A stretch of DNA of 64,000 nt from the IMG/VR virus record IMGVR_UViG_3300036945_000458, positions 1,143 through 65,142 of that record; one strand, written 5' to 3'. Shown in pieces: positions 1-11,100 of this stretch (the first letter of the stretch is position 1; every line of letters starts with the position of its first letter). Source of the DNA: a virus. Lineage: Duplodnaviria > Caudoviricetes. The notes beneath the pieces are model-generated. The model was given only the letters and a program-made list of their open reading frames with translations. It was not told the DNA's origin and searched no databases. Both the position numbers and the translations under genes were made by a program.

Positions 1-2391
1 GGACAATGGGCTCATCCAGGAGAAGTAACAGAAATAGGTTCTAACAACATAACCATGCAAGGAGTTCATTATGATGTATTAGGAATATCAGATGAAGGAG
101 ATACAAAACTAATGAAACCAGGAAAGAATTATAAGTTCAAAGGAAAGAAAGTAACAGAGTTTCCAATGGCTAAGAATGGTGTAAATCAACAAGATCAAAA
201 AACTTTTGAACAGTTAGATCAATTAACTAACTTTACAAACTATAATACAAAGCAACCTGGTGGATGGTTAGATAAGTTTGCAGAGGGAGGAACGTTACCT
301 GCAGAAGCAGCTAGTTTGCCTGCAGAGTCATATGATATCAAAGAAGGAGATACATTATTTGAAATTGCTCGTGACAATGATGTTCCATTAAACACGTTAG
401 CAAATGCAAATAATTTATCTAATCCTGATCTTATTAAAACAGGAAACAAGCTAGTGATTCCAAAACAATACAAAAAAGAATTATCATTTGCACAAATTCC
501 TACAGCTGATAACAAGAAAGTTGTGATAGATAACTTTAGTCCTCACTACGATTATATTGTAGAAGGAGATAAAACTTATTACAAAGTTAAAAGTGGAAAA
601 ACGTGGGCAGATATTTCTGATAATAAACAAGCTAGAGAAAACCTAATGAGTTTCTTAGATAAGAATGATTATTGGGCAGGGTATGGTAGTGGTGAGAAAG
701 CTAAGTATGATAAGGTGCATCATCAACCTGTAGTTGTTCCTGGAAGTAAAGTTCCAAAAACAACACCAAGTGTAATAAGAAATACTGAAACAGGTAATAA
801 ACCTGCAATTGTAAAACGACCTATTAATAAAGTAGTCAAAGAAGAACCAGGATTCTTTAGTGACATTTCTGAGTTTGTATATTCAGGAGTTAAATCTCTA
901 GAGAAAAAATGGGAGGATGTAAAAAAAGAAACTAGTGACATAGTTAAAGACGTAGAAAATTCTGTAAAAACAAGTGCAAACAATGCTATTCGTACAACAG
1001 AAGATGCATACCAAACTGTAGTGAATGGTGTGGAACGTAAGTATAAAACTTACACAGGAGATGATGATGATATTAAAGTTACAACTAAAACTTCTCCAAT
1101 ACCTAAAACTGTAAAAGAATGGTATGGTAATAAATCTGGAGCTGAGATTACACAGGTTATAGATGCACCAAATACTAATGGTAGAGTTTATAAACAACAG
1201 GTTTTACCTACATCTAATATTAAATTTGGAGTTAGAAATAGAGGAGAATATAAAGATATCAATACTGATGGTTTAGAAGTTACAACTTTTAATGCATTTA
1301 GTAAAGATCCTCTTCCTGATAATACAACAGTATTAGCTGTAGATCCTAAAGGAAATTTACATACTGGAGCATATAAAGATTTCAAAGGACAGAAAGGTTA
1401 TTTGTTCAGTAAAACTTTTAGAAATAACATTGTTGATTTTTCTGAAGTTAATGGAAAGAGTGAATATGTAAGTGGTGTAGCATCAGGAAATCCTAAATAT
1501 CAACAACCAAAAATCAAAGTGTTAGGTGATGATGGTAAAGTTGTAAATGGATCTTTGAACATATTAGTAAAAGATGATAGTAAAAAAGATTACTATGGTC
1601 AAGTTCAAGGTGGTCGTATATTATTTGTGAACCCAGATACAAAAGAACAATATCTTGTATCTGGAAGTATGAGTCACATTAAACAGAAGTTCAAAGAGTT
1701 AAAAGGAAATTCTAAATATTTAGAGGCGTACACATTAGACAATGGTACTTATTCAAGAGGACTATCTTATAAAGATAAGAAACTTACTAAGGATAGATTG
1801 AAATCATATGACTTAGAAAATACAGGTGGAGGTAATGGATTATACATATTAGATTACAAACAACCAGTTAGTAAATATGAAGAAGACTATATTGACAACA
1901 TGCCAAATGTTAGAACAAAGAATGATACGAGTTATAAAAAAGGACATCCTTTAAAAAATGAAGTAAAAAATATTGTATTACATCACACAGCATACACAGG
2001 ACCTAATGCTGAACAAGAGCTTAATAAACAATATATGACTCCAGGAAATAACTCTTCTCATATTGTAATACAACAAAATGGTAAGAGAAGTGTTTATGCA
2101 TCTCCAGAACAAGTTACATTCCATGCTGGAGAATCAGAATGGAACAAAAGAAAAGACGTTAATGATTTTAGTATAGGTGTAGAATTTCAAGGAGACACAA
2201 ATAAGAAACCATTAACTCAAGCACAAATAGAATCATTTGTTGAGTACTATGCTCCACTAGCTAAAAAATATAATTTATCTTTGAAAGATATTATAACTCA
2301 TCAAATGGTTGCACCAGGAAGAAAACCTGATATAAATGAAAAACAATACGCTCGAATATTAAAATATATGAGAGATAAAAACTTTAAATAA
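1..2391 (+). CDS. Virion-associated LysM + N-acetylmuramoyl-L-alanine amidase (Amidase_2/AmpD-like) multidomain protein, 5'-truncated
   Basis: Frame 1 is open from base 1 (GQWAHPGEVTEIGSNNITMQG...), so the true start is upstream of the window. LysM: YDIKEGDTLFEIARDNDVPLNTLANANNLSNPDLIKTGNKLVIP. C-terminal amidase motifs IVLHHTA, SSHIVI, FHAGES, NDFSIGVEF, ITHQMVAPGRKPD. Confidence 0.85.
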   Translation, partial: GQWAHPGEVTEIGSNNITMQGVHYDVLGISDEGDTKLMKPGKNYKFKGKKVTEFPMAKNGVNQQDQKTFEQLDQLTNFTNYNTKQPGGWLDKFAEGGTLPAEAASLPAESYDIKEGDTLFEIARDNDVPLNTLANANNLSNPDLIKTGNKLVIPKQYKKELSFAQIPTADNKKVVIDNFSPHYDYIVEGDKTYYKVKSGKTWADISDNKQARENLMSFLDKNDYWAGYGSGEKAKYDKVHHQPVVVPGSKVPKTTPSVIRNTETGNKPAIVKRPINKVVKEEPGFFSDISEFVYSGVKSLEKKWEDVKKETSDIVKDVENSVKTSANNAIRTTEDAYQTVVNGVERKYKTYTGDDDDIKVTTKTSPIPKTVKEWYGNKSGAEITQVIDAPNTNGRVYKQQVLPTSNIKFGVRNRGEYKDINTDGLEVTTFNAFSKDPLPDNTTVLAVDPKGNLHTGAYKDFKGQKGYLFSKTFRNNIVDFSEVNGKSEYVSGVASGNPKYQQPKIKVLGDDGKVVNGSLNILVKDDSKKDYYGQVQGGRILFVNPDTKEQYLVSGSMSHIKQKFKELKGNSKYLEAYTLDNGTYSRGLSYKDKKLTKDRLKSYDLENTGGGNGLYILDYKQPVSKYEEDYIDNMPNVRTKNDTSYKKGHPLKNEVKNIVLHHTAYTGPNAEQELNKQYMTPGNNSSHIVIQQNGKRSVYASPEQVTFHAGESEWNKRKDVNDFSIGVEFQGDTNKKPLTQAQIESFVEYYAPLAKKYNLSLKDIITHQMVAPGRKPDINEKQYARILKYMRDKNFK

Positions 2392-2401
2392 TACAATTAA
2401 T

Positions 2402-5344
2402 ATGAAGGCTCAAATATTAAAAATCGCAGGAGTTAAATCTGAAAAAGAATTCTATAAAAAGTTTCCTTCAGAGGAAGCATTTATGAAAGTGCATGGTAAA
2501 GCTTTTAAGAAAGCTCAAACTTCTGATGCAGTTGAGAAAGCTCAATTTGGTCTTCTTCAACCTGCAGGTACTACCTATGGAACACCTCAGCAACAACTTT
2601 CTCAATCAGCAGGTGCTGCTGTTAATACTTTTCAACAAAATAATCCAATTGGAACTGCTGCAGCTGCTGCAGGAGGTGGTGGTGGACCTTTAGGTTTTCT
2701 AGGTGGTCTTTTTGGTGGAGGTGCTGGAGGTGCTGGTGGATTTAATCCATTGAGCACAATACCAATAGCAGGAAGTGCTTTTGGTGTAATTGACTCATTC
2801 ATTAACAGTAAGAAAAAAAGAGATGTTGCAAGACAGAATGCAGCATTAACATCAGTGCAAGCAGAAGCATCAGGTACAAGAGCTGAAGATCCTACACGTA
2901 ATTATAACTTTCCTCAAGTTGGATTATCAGGAGGAATGGGTATGGGTACAAATCCACTAGCAAGAGATGGAGCAGAGATTCAAAACACTTATGCTCCTGG
3001 TACACTGTATGATGATCTTGGGTATGAGCCACTCAATGATTCAGATGAAGTAAAAGCATATGCGTATGGTGGAGATATTCCTAGAGCAGCAAGTGGGGTT
3101 ATGCAGTTTATGAAAAATAGAGGATCAAACATGTTAAGTAATCAACTTGCTGCTAGTAATGATTTTAATACAGGAAGTCAATTAGGTGGTCTTCTTGGTG
3201 ATGTAGGTGATTTTATAGTTCCTGGATCAAGCATGATTACTAAACCACTTTTAACAGGTGTAATGGGTGCACTTGATCCAATTGCCAATGAGACTAAAGG
3301 ATATAAAAAACAATCCCAAAAAAATCAAGATCAAATTATGGCTAACCAGTTTGCAAATAGTAATGCAGCAATGAACGCATCTTACATGGAAGATGGTGGA
3401 TGGGTGAGTCACGATTGGCAACCACAAGTGATAGCATCATTTGGAGGTCATAGTATGAAAGACTTATTGGCTCCAGATAAAACTATGGATACATTGAGAA
3501 CAGGTGGGCACATCAAACAAAACAATATGTTCCCTCAAGATAGATATGCATTTGGTGGACAGATGACTATGGAAGGTAATGGTGATACAGAACTTGTAGG
3601 ATATAATCCTATTACAGCAAGTAGAGGTATTAGTGGAGAAACTAGAATCTCTAGAGGACCTTCACACGACGAACAAGATAGAACAGGAGACTTCTCTATT
3701 CTAAATTATGGTGGTAACCAAGTGAATGTAGAAGGAGGAGAAACTATTATGGAACAACAAGAAGATGGTGGTCAGATAGATCCTATGACAGGAAAACCTA
3801 ATGCATCAGCTGTAGTTCTTGGAGACATGTACATAGGAGAAATTGGAAAAAATGTATTGGGACAAATAGATAAAAAACTATTGAAAGGAAAAAAAGATGT
3901 TAAGGATATAAAATTCAAACATCTTGGAAATACAATTGCAAAAGAAGAAGGAAAATTAAACAAAGCTGAACAAGAATATACAAGCATTGCTAGTTCTGTA
4001 AAAGGTAATTCTCCTTCAGAGTTATTAGCAACAAAAACAGCTGAAGTAGCTCTCGAAGGTATTAAGATGAGCTATGCAGATCTTGATGGCATAAAATCAA
4101 AACTTTCTGATATACAGAACACATATCATGATGTAGCTGAAGCTAATGGGTATGATGACACTCCTAAGTTCTTAGAAGATCTTAAGAGAAACAAATTCAC
4201 TCCAATAGACATGAATGTGAATAAATCTATGTCTGCTCAGAAAGGCACAAAATTAAATAAAGGATTGTATGATGATGAAGAAGAAGTTAATGAAGAAATT
4301 AAATCAAAACAAAAAGATTCAAAAGTTGCAACATCAAAAGCTTCTGCATTTAATATTACTCGTCCTGCTCCCCAATTTGATCGTTCAAATTTTAGTTTTG
4401 AAGATGTAATGTTTAAAGAAGATCCTGCACTTGGAACACCTTCACCTTATGTTTCTTCTCAAACTATTCCTCAAAGTAGAATTAATCAGATAACGAAATT
4501 AGGAAAGATGGCAGATGTTCCTGAATCAGCTCGTAAAAAAGAAACAAAAGAAGAAAAGAAAAAAGACGATACATATAACAGAAGTGCATGGATGGATGTG
4601 TTATCAGAAATGGTTCCATACCTAAGACCTACTAATCAAGAAGACATTGATCCTAGACAACTCTATGGAGAAAACTTCATAATGTCATCTAACCAAATAC
4701 AACCTGTAGGTACGCAATCATATCAACCTATGCTTCCAACAAGAAGAGGTAATATATCTATGCAAGACCAATTAAATGAGAACACTGCAGCATATAGAGC
4801 AGCACAAAGACAATTAGGATATAACCCAGCAGCTCAAGCAAATCTTGCTGCTCAGATGTATGGAGCTAATTCAAAAGTGCTTGCAGATCAAATGAGAATA
4901 AATCAGGAGATGGATAACAAGTACTACTTAGATAGTATTGCTACGATGAATGATGCGCAGCTTAAAAACATTAGCTTGTACGATACACAACAACAAAGAC
5001 AGAACCAAGCTATTAGTAATACAAGAGATGCTACGTTAGCTGCACTTAATTCATACAGTGATAAAGTTGTTAAAAACACTGCATCTAATAGAAAACTTGG
5101 TATATACGAAAACATGTATAACTACAGATTTGATCCTGTTACAGGAAGAGCAATAAACTATAATGCCCCTCATCAATTTAACTATAATGGAGTTGCTTCT
5201 ACAGATAAGAAAGCTTCTCTTCCTGAAGGATATGAATACCTTTATGATTCAGAAGGAAACCCTACTGATGTTAGAAAGAAAAAAGAAACTAAGACCAAAG
5301 ACTCAAGAAATGGTTCAATTGTAAAATCACTTAAGTCCCTCTAA
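2402..5344 (+). CDS. Putative internal virion cargo/ejection protein (980 aa, Gly/Ala-rich hydrophobic segments, Gln-rich coiled coil)
   Basis: Long ORF upstream of the virion RNAP gene; Gly-rich hydrophobic stretches (GGPLGFLGGLFGGG, GSQLGGLLG); no Cys seen; many x-x-x-G-G motifs. Function inferred from position. Confidence 0.55.
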   Translation: MKAQILKIAGVKSEKEFYKKFPSEEAFMKVHGKAFKKAQTSDAVEKAQFGLLQPAGTTYGTPQQQLSQSAGAAVNTFQQNNPIGTAAAAAGGGGGPLGFLGGLFGGGAGGAGGFNPLSTIPIAGSAFGVIDSFINSKKKRDVARQNAALTSVQAEASGTRAEDPTRNYNFPQVGLSGGMGMGTNPLARDGAEIQNTYAPGTLYDDLGYEPLNDSDEVKAYAYGGDIPRAASGVMQFMKNRGSNMLSNQLAASNDFNTGSQLGGLLGDVGDFIVPGSSMITKPLLTGVMGALDPIANETKGYKKQSQKNQDQIMANQFANSNAAMNASYMEDGGWVSHDWQPQVIASFGGHSMKDLLAPDKTMDTLRTGGHIKQNNMFPQDRYAFGGQMTMEGNGDTELVGYNPITASRGISGETRISRGPSHDEQDRTGDFSILNYGGNQVNVEGGETIMEQQEDGGQIDPMTGKPNASAVVLGDMYIGEIGKNVLGQIDKKLLKGKKDVKDIKFKHLGNTIAKEEGKLNKAEQEYTSIASSVKGNSPSELLATKTAEVALEGIKMSYADLDGIKSKLSDIQNTYHDVAEANGYDDTPKFLEDLKRNKFTPIDMNVNKSMSAQKGTKLNKGLYDDEEEVNEEIKSKQKDSKVATSKASAFNITRPAPQFDRSNFSFEDVMFKEDPALGTPSPYVSSQTIPQSRINQITKLGKMADVPESARKKETKEEKKKDDTYNRSAWMDVLSEMVPYLRPTNQEDIDPRQLYGENFIMSSNQIQPVGTQSYQPMLPTRRGNISMQDQLNENTAAYRAAQRQLGYNPAAQANLAAQMYGANSKVLADQMRINQEMDNKYYLDSIATMNDAQLKNISLYDTQQQRQNQAISNTRDATLAALNSYSDKVVKNTASNRKLGIYENMYNYRFDPVTGRAINYNAPHQFNYNGVASTDKKASLPEGYEYLYDSEGNPTDVRKKKETKTKDSRNGSIVKSLKSL

Positions 5345-5386
5345 CATTTTTAGTTATAAAGAATTACCAAAATTTATTACCCACTA

Positions 5387-5417
5387 TTGGATAGTATTAT
5401 TATTCACATTACATTTG
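5387..5417 (+). promoter_or_regulatory. Bacteroidota sigma-A type promoter (TTG-N20-TACATTTG)
   Basis: TTG at 5387-5389, 20-nt spacer, TACATTTG at 5410-5417 matching the TAnnTTTG -7 consensus, in the gap before the 5455 ORF. Confidence 0.65.
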
Positions 5418-5454
5418 CTAATCACATGATTTATCATGTATAAAATAAACACAT

Positions 5455-8118
5455 ATGGCTTCATATACTGATAAAACCCCAACCTTTAATCCCTACGTAG
5501 AGCAGTTGCCCATTGAGGCAATGGTTCAGGTTGGTATGGAGAAACAGAAACAATATAATGAAGGTATTGAAAAGATACAAACTAATATAGATAACGTTGC
5601 TGGTCTTGATATAATGAAGACTGAACACCAAAATTATCTAGAATCAAAATTAAATAAACTAGGAAACGATCTTAAATATGTAGCTGCTGCAGACTTCTCA
5701 AACTTCCAACTTGTTAACTCTGTATCAGGAATGACAAATGAAATTGTCAAAGATCCAATTGTTCAAGGTGCTGTGTATTCAACTAAGGTTGTTAGAAAAG
5801 GGCAGAATAATATGGAGACTGCAAAGAAGGCAGGAAAGTCTTCTGTTCAAAACGAAGCTAGATTTAACTATGATGTTTCTAATTGGTTAAACGATGGAGA
5901 TATGTCTACTAAGTTCAATGGAGAATATGTAGACTACATAGACATTGATAAAAAACTTAGAGACGTTGCTGAGAAAATCCATGAGGTAGATAACTCATTT
6001 GAGATACCATTTAAAAGAGATAACGCAGGTAATACATTATATTATAAAACAGATGCTAAAGGTCAGACATCTGTATCAACAGATCCTAATAGTGGAGGTG
6101 TTACAAAAATAGATGACGCTATATTAAGTATTAAAACCAAAGGTAAACCTGCAGAAAAAATCTTAGCTAACTTCTATGACTCAATTAATGAGAATGATAA
6201 AAGACAATTAGGTATTGATTCTTGGTATCACTATAGAGGAGCTACAAAAGACACTTTCAAAAAAGACATATCAGATAATTACAGGAACACTAAAACAATG
6301 TTGAATGATGAGATTATTAATTTAAGTCTCAAACTTCAAACAGATACAAAGTTAACCAACGTTGATAGAAGTGCAATACAAGCTAGAATAAATGATGTTA
6401 GTGAGATACTAAATAATGGAAGTCTTGACAAGAAGATGAATGATCAGCTTCTTGGTATTGATAACATCAAAGATCTTGATAAGTTTAAACAAAATCTCTA
6501 CACTGAAAAAACATTAACTAACTTAGCTAAAGACATGTCTTGGCAAAGTTATCAAATGGAATACAAAACCAATCCATATGCTCAAATGGATATGGAGAGA
6601 AAAAGATTACAATTCCAATACGACGATGCTGCTAGACAACAAAGAAATGCTGATCGTGCATTTGGTTGGGACCAAACTAAATTTTACATAGAGCAACAAC
6701 AAAAGGCTGCTGAGAAACTTGGGTCACAACCTGTAGTAACTCCTGGCAGAATATCTACAGATGTTGATAAACCAAGTCTTGATAAACTTAATAAAGAAAT
6801 TATATCAATTTCAGGTGATCCAAAAGTTCCAGGATCTGGTCAGATACCAGAACTTAATTCAGCATATGGTGCACTATTAACTGATCCTAATATTAAAGAT
6901 AAGAAAAAATATTTGGATGGATTATACAGTGCATATGCAAAAGATCCTTCATTCCTTTCAAAAGTGAATGATCCAAATATGAAAGAGTATCTAGAAAAAC
7001 GAAGATCATTAGAAATTACTATTGCACAAAAACGTGCATTGGCTACTGAAACAATGGTTCAATCTAAAAAATTTGATGAAAAATTAGATAAATTACTTGC
7101 AAGCGAACCAGGTATTGTTACAACAAGTGGCAGATCATTATATACAGCAAAAGATTTATTTGAATTTAATAACTCAGCAAAATCTTATTATAGAACTACT
7201 TATAGAACAGGTGCTCCAGGAGGAGAAATTGCAAATGTTACATTGGATGCTAAAGGGATGATGGCAGAATTCAAAGGAACAAAGAAAGAAGCTTTGGCAA
7301 AAGCTTTTATCAATGAGTATTATAGAAAAGAATTATCTCCTACAGAGAAAGTTTTATTTAAAAGAATGAAAGAAGTAGGTTATAAATATGGTGCTGTAGG
7401 TAATCAAATACATTATGATAAAATGGCTTTTCAAGCTGACTTCCTTGCTAAGTCTATGCCAGAAAGACAAACAAATATTGGTACATTGAGTTCTGCTAAT
7501 ACAGATGACATGGATAGAGTTACTCAATTAATTACAAGAAAAGGAATTGAGTTTAGTCAAGGTGGTGTAGACTCTGATAAGAAAGGTCAATTTGATCCTG
7601 ATCAAATCCAAACATTAAGAGAAGGAAAAGGTGTTGGATATACTATCGAGAAGAAATATGATGGTAGTGCAAATCTTATCATATCTAGTGGTAAAACTCA
7701 ACAGATTATTCCAATGACACCTAGTGAGTTTAGTGCATACTTTCCTAGATATAGCAGACCAAATGCAGTAAATGATATTAAGTATGCAGTGTTAGGTTCT
7801 CCAAATAAAACAACAAACCTTAATGGGGTTAAAGATGCTTCTGCTGCAGTGAATGCATATCTATCAGGAGAAAGTCTTCCACAACTAAAAGGTACATCTA
7901 TTTCTCCATTAGTAAGACTTGATGTCGATGGAAGTCCTTTTAATGATGGTAGTGCTAATGATAGATATGTTGTAAGAATGTATGTAAATAATAATGGAGA
8001 GTGGCTTACACAAACTCTTACTCCTGATTATGTAAACGATGCAACAATGCAAGGTATCATAAATGGGATAGGCACAACTACTGTTGAAGAAATATTAAAA
8101 CAAAATCGTAAAAGATAA
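5455..8118 (+). CDS. Putative ejection/cargo protein (887 aa)
   Basis: Long ORF directly upstream of the giant RNAP gene (5-nt gap); helical, no Cys seen. Position matches ejection-protein genes of crAss-like phages. Confidence 0.55.
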   Translation: MASYTDKTPTFNPYVEQLPIEAMVQVGMEKQKQYNEGIEKIQTNIDNVAGLDIMKTEHQNYLESKLNKLGNDLKYVAAADFSNFQLVNSVSGMTNEIVKDPIVQGAVYSTKVVRKGQNNMETAKKAGKSSVQNEARFNYDVSNWLNDGDMSTKFNGEYVDYIDIDKKLRDVAEKIHEVDNSFEIPFKRDNAGNTLYYKTDAKGQTSVSTDPNSGGVTKIDDAILSIKTKGKPAEKILANFYDSINENDKRQLGIDSWYHYRGATKDTFKKDISDNYRNTKTMLNDEIINLSLKLQTDTKLTNVDRSAIQARINDVSEILNNGSLDKKMNDQLLGIDNIKDLDKFKQNLYTEKTLTNLAKDMSWQSYQMEYKTNPYAQMDMERKRLQFQYDDAARQQRNADRAFGWDQTKFYIEQQQKAAEKLGSQPVVTPGRISTDVDKPSLDKLNKEIISISGDPKVPGSGQIPELNSAYGALLTDPNIKDKKKYLDGLYSAYAKDPSFLSKVNDPNMKEYLEKRRSLEITIAQKRALATETMVQSKKFDEKLDKLLASEPGIVTTSGRSLYTAKDLFEFNNSAKSYYRTTYRTGAPGGEIANVTLDAKGMMAEFKGTKKEALAKAFINEYYRKELSPTEKVLFKRMKEVGYKYGAVGNQIHYDKMAFQADFLAKSMPERQTNIGTLSSANTDDMDRVTQLITRKGIEFSQGGVDSDKKGQFDPDQIQTLREGKGVGYTIEKKYDGSANLIISSGKTQQIIPMTPSEFSAYFPRYSRPNAVNDIKYAVLGSPNKTTNLNGVKDASAAVNAYLSGESLPQLKGTSISPLVRLDVDGSPFNDGSANDRYVVRMYVNNNGEWLTQTLTPDYVNDATMQGIINGIGTTTVEEILKQNRKR

Positions 8119-8123
8119 ATATT

Positions 8124-11100
8124 ATGCCAATTTTTAATGACGAACTTTTAAGTGGTGGGGTTAATAGAGACACTGAAATAGTTACTGGCCCTTTAGGATC
8201 TCCTGTTACTAGACAACTTAATACTAACTTAGGAGGATACACTCCACGACAAGCAGGTACAGGATTGTCACTTGCTGAGTTGGCAAAAATGAGAACTGGT
8301 AATACAAGTGATTTTGATTCTCCATTTCAAATGGTTCCTAAATCAGAATTGCTGGAGAATAAAAGATATGCATTGTATGAGAGAGATAAAGATCTTGAGA
8401 ACATATATGGATTGCAACAAGGTTGGGGAGCTCAATTAGGAAATGGTTTTGTTAAAATGGCAGCCACTGCAGTAGGTACTTTTGCACAAAGTTTTGCTAC
8501 AATCCCTAATACTATTGCTTCTATTCAAGGAGGTATGAAAGAATTATCAGGAGGAGAAGATGGATATGAAGGAGCTATTGATAATTGGTTAAAAAACATT
8601 GAAGATATATTCCCTAACTATTATACTAGACAAGAACAAGAAAGTCCTTTCTTAGCAGCTATTCCTGGGTTTTCAGGATCTGCAAACTTTTGGGGAGATA
8701 AGATTGTTAAGAACATTGGTTTCACTGTAGGAGCAATTGGTGGGGCAGTAGCACAAGATGCTATTGTGGGACTTGCTACAGGAGGGATTGGAGAAATTCC
8801 ATTGATTGCTAGTCAAATTGGTAAAGCTTCTTTATGGTTAAATAAAATTTTTGCAGGAACAAATAAGGTTGATAGGGTATTGGATCTTGCAAGGGCTGCT
8901 GGTAAATCAGAAAGTCAATTACTAACTATCCAAAAACTTGGACAAGCAGCTGCTGCTGTAAAAGTTACTAATGGTGCAAGATATGCATTAGGACTGTATG
9001 GCTCTTCAAGAACAGAAGCTGCTGTAGAAGCTAGAGATGGTTTCAGACAAGTTAAGGATGAATTATTACGTCAATATAAAGTTCAGAACTTTGGAGCTGA
9101 TCCAACTCCAGCTGAATTAGAAGAAATAGAAAACACTGCAACAGATGCTATGAATACTAGATTTGGTATTAACATGGCACTCTTAACTGTATCAAATGCC
9201 ATTCAGTTTGATAATTTATTTAAATCGTTTACTGTTGCTAGTAAATCAGGAATTCAAGGAAGCATCACTAAAGAAATTGAACAGGCAGGAAAGATTGGAC
9301 TTAAAGAAGGATCTTTAGATGTATTTGAACAAAAGGCTGCTACTGGATTAGCAGGAAGAGTTTGGGAAACTGTTAGACCTAAAATGGCTAACATTTTTAC
9401 AGAAGGTGTTTATGAAGAAGGTGGACAGTTTGCTGCTGAGAGAGGTACGTATGATTACTATACAAGAAAGTATAGAGATCCTAGTAAAGGAAAGAATGTT
9501 GAAACTTGGAATAGTTTAAATGAAGTTATAAGTTCTACTACTAAAGGATTGTCTGATCAATTCAATACCACTCAAGGTATTGAGAACATGCTTGTTGGTG
9601 GAATATCTGCAATGATTACTGGTGGTATCATGGGCAAGATAGATCAAGTTAAAGGTAGAGGTAAAGAAGCTAGATTGCAACATGCTATTAATTCTTTGAA
9701 CCAATATGGTTTAACAGGTATATTAGATCAGAAATATACAGACACTCTTAATGCTGTAAACATTGCTAAGGAAATGGATGAGGCAGCTAAGAGTGATAAT
9801 ATATTTAAATACAAAAACTTAAAACATGATATGTTCTTTGGTTTTGTTAAGTCACGTGTTTCTACAGGAATGCATGACGTAACAATTGAGCAATTGAATA
9901 TGTTGAAAGACTTGTCCAAAGAAGAGTTTGAAAAAACTTTTGGTATGGACTTCAGCACTTCAAACAGAGAAACTGTTGCTGCATATGTAGACAAGATGAT
10001 CTCTTCTGCAAATAACATTCATGATACAATCACAGCATTAGATGCAACATTCCAGAATCCTTTTAAAAATGTTGTAAATCCAGAAACTCCTGAAGATGTA
10101 GTTAGTGCACAAAACTTTAAAACATTTAATGATTGGAAAACTGATTTGGCATATTATGCTAGTGTTGCTCCAGATATAAATGATAGATTGAACTCAATCA
10201 ACCAAGATGTTATTACAATAAACCCTTTATTGAATAATGATATTCTTGCAACACTTACTCGTTCTGATACATTACTTGACTTGAGTAAACAATATGAAGA
10301 GCAAGCAGACCAGTTAAGTAAAACCATTACAGACTTTACAACTCCTGAAGATAAGAGAAGAATCAAAAATCAAGTAAAGGAGTTACGTACACTATCTGAA
10401 AAAATAAATCTGGCTAAGAATAACCAAAATTTAGATTTAAAATTATTCAATCAATTATTAAATTTTGAATTGAATGGCAGAGATTCTAAAAAAGATGCAA
10501 TCATACCTAATGAAAAATCTCTTGAGTTATTCAAATTTGGTGTTGATATAAATCGAAACAATATACTTAAAGAAGAAGTTTCAGATATCTATGATAAATT
10601 AAGTGACAAAGAAGGTTTTGAAAAATATTTTGCACAAGCACAAGACATTGCTAATCAAGCTGTACCTGAACCTGAAACAATTGACACAGAAGCTGAGGAA
10701 GTTACAGATCCTGTATATGATTTTAAAAACTCAAAAGGAGTTGCAGAATCACCAGAGATTGGTAGAGAGTATGAATTACCTTCTGTAAAATCAGCTAAGG
10801 TTAGAAAGATGGGAGAGGACAGATTTAAAGTGACAGCTCCTAATGGTGATGTTACATTCTATCCTACAAGAGAGAAAGCAAAAGAAGTAGCTGATGAAAT
10901 GAATATGGATTTGGCTGACTTAACTAAAGTTAAAGTTATAGCCACCAATCCTGATGGCACTGTTAAAGTGGAGGACCTTGCTGGTAATATCCAGAACATC
11001 AGTCCTGCACAACTTGCAGGATATGAGAGATTACAATCTGATCAAGAAAAGTTAACTAAGGATAAAGAACAACTTGATGAAGAACAAAAGAAAATAGAAC

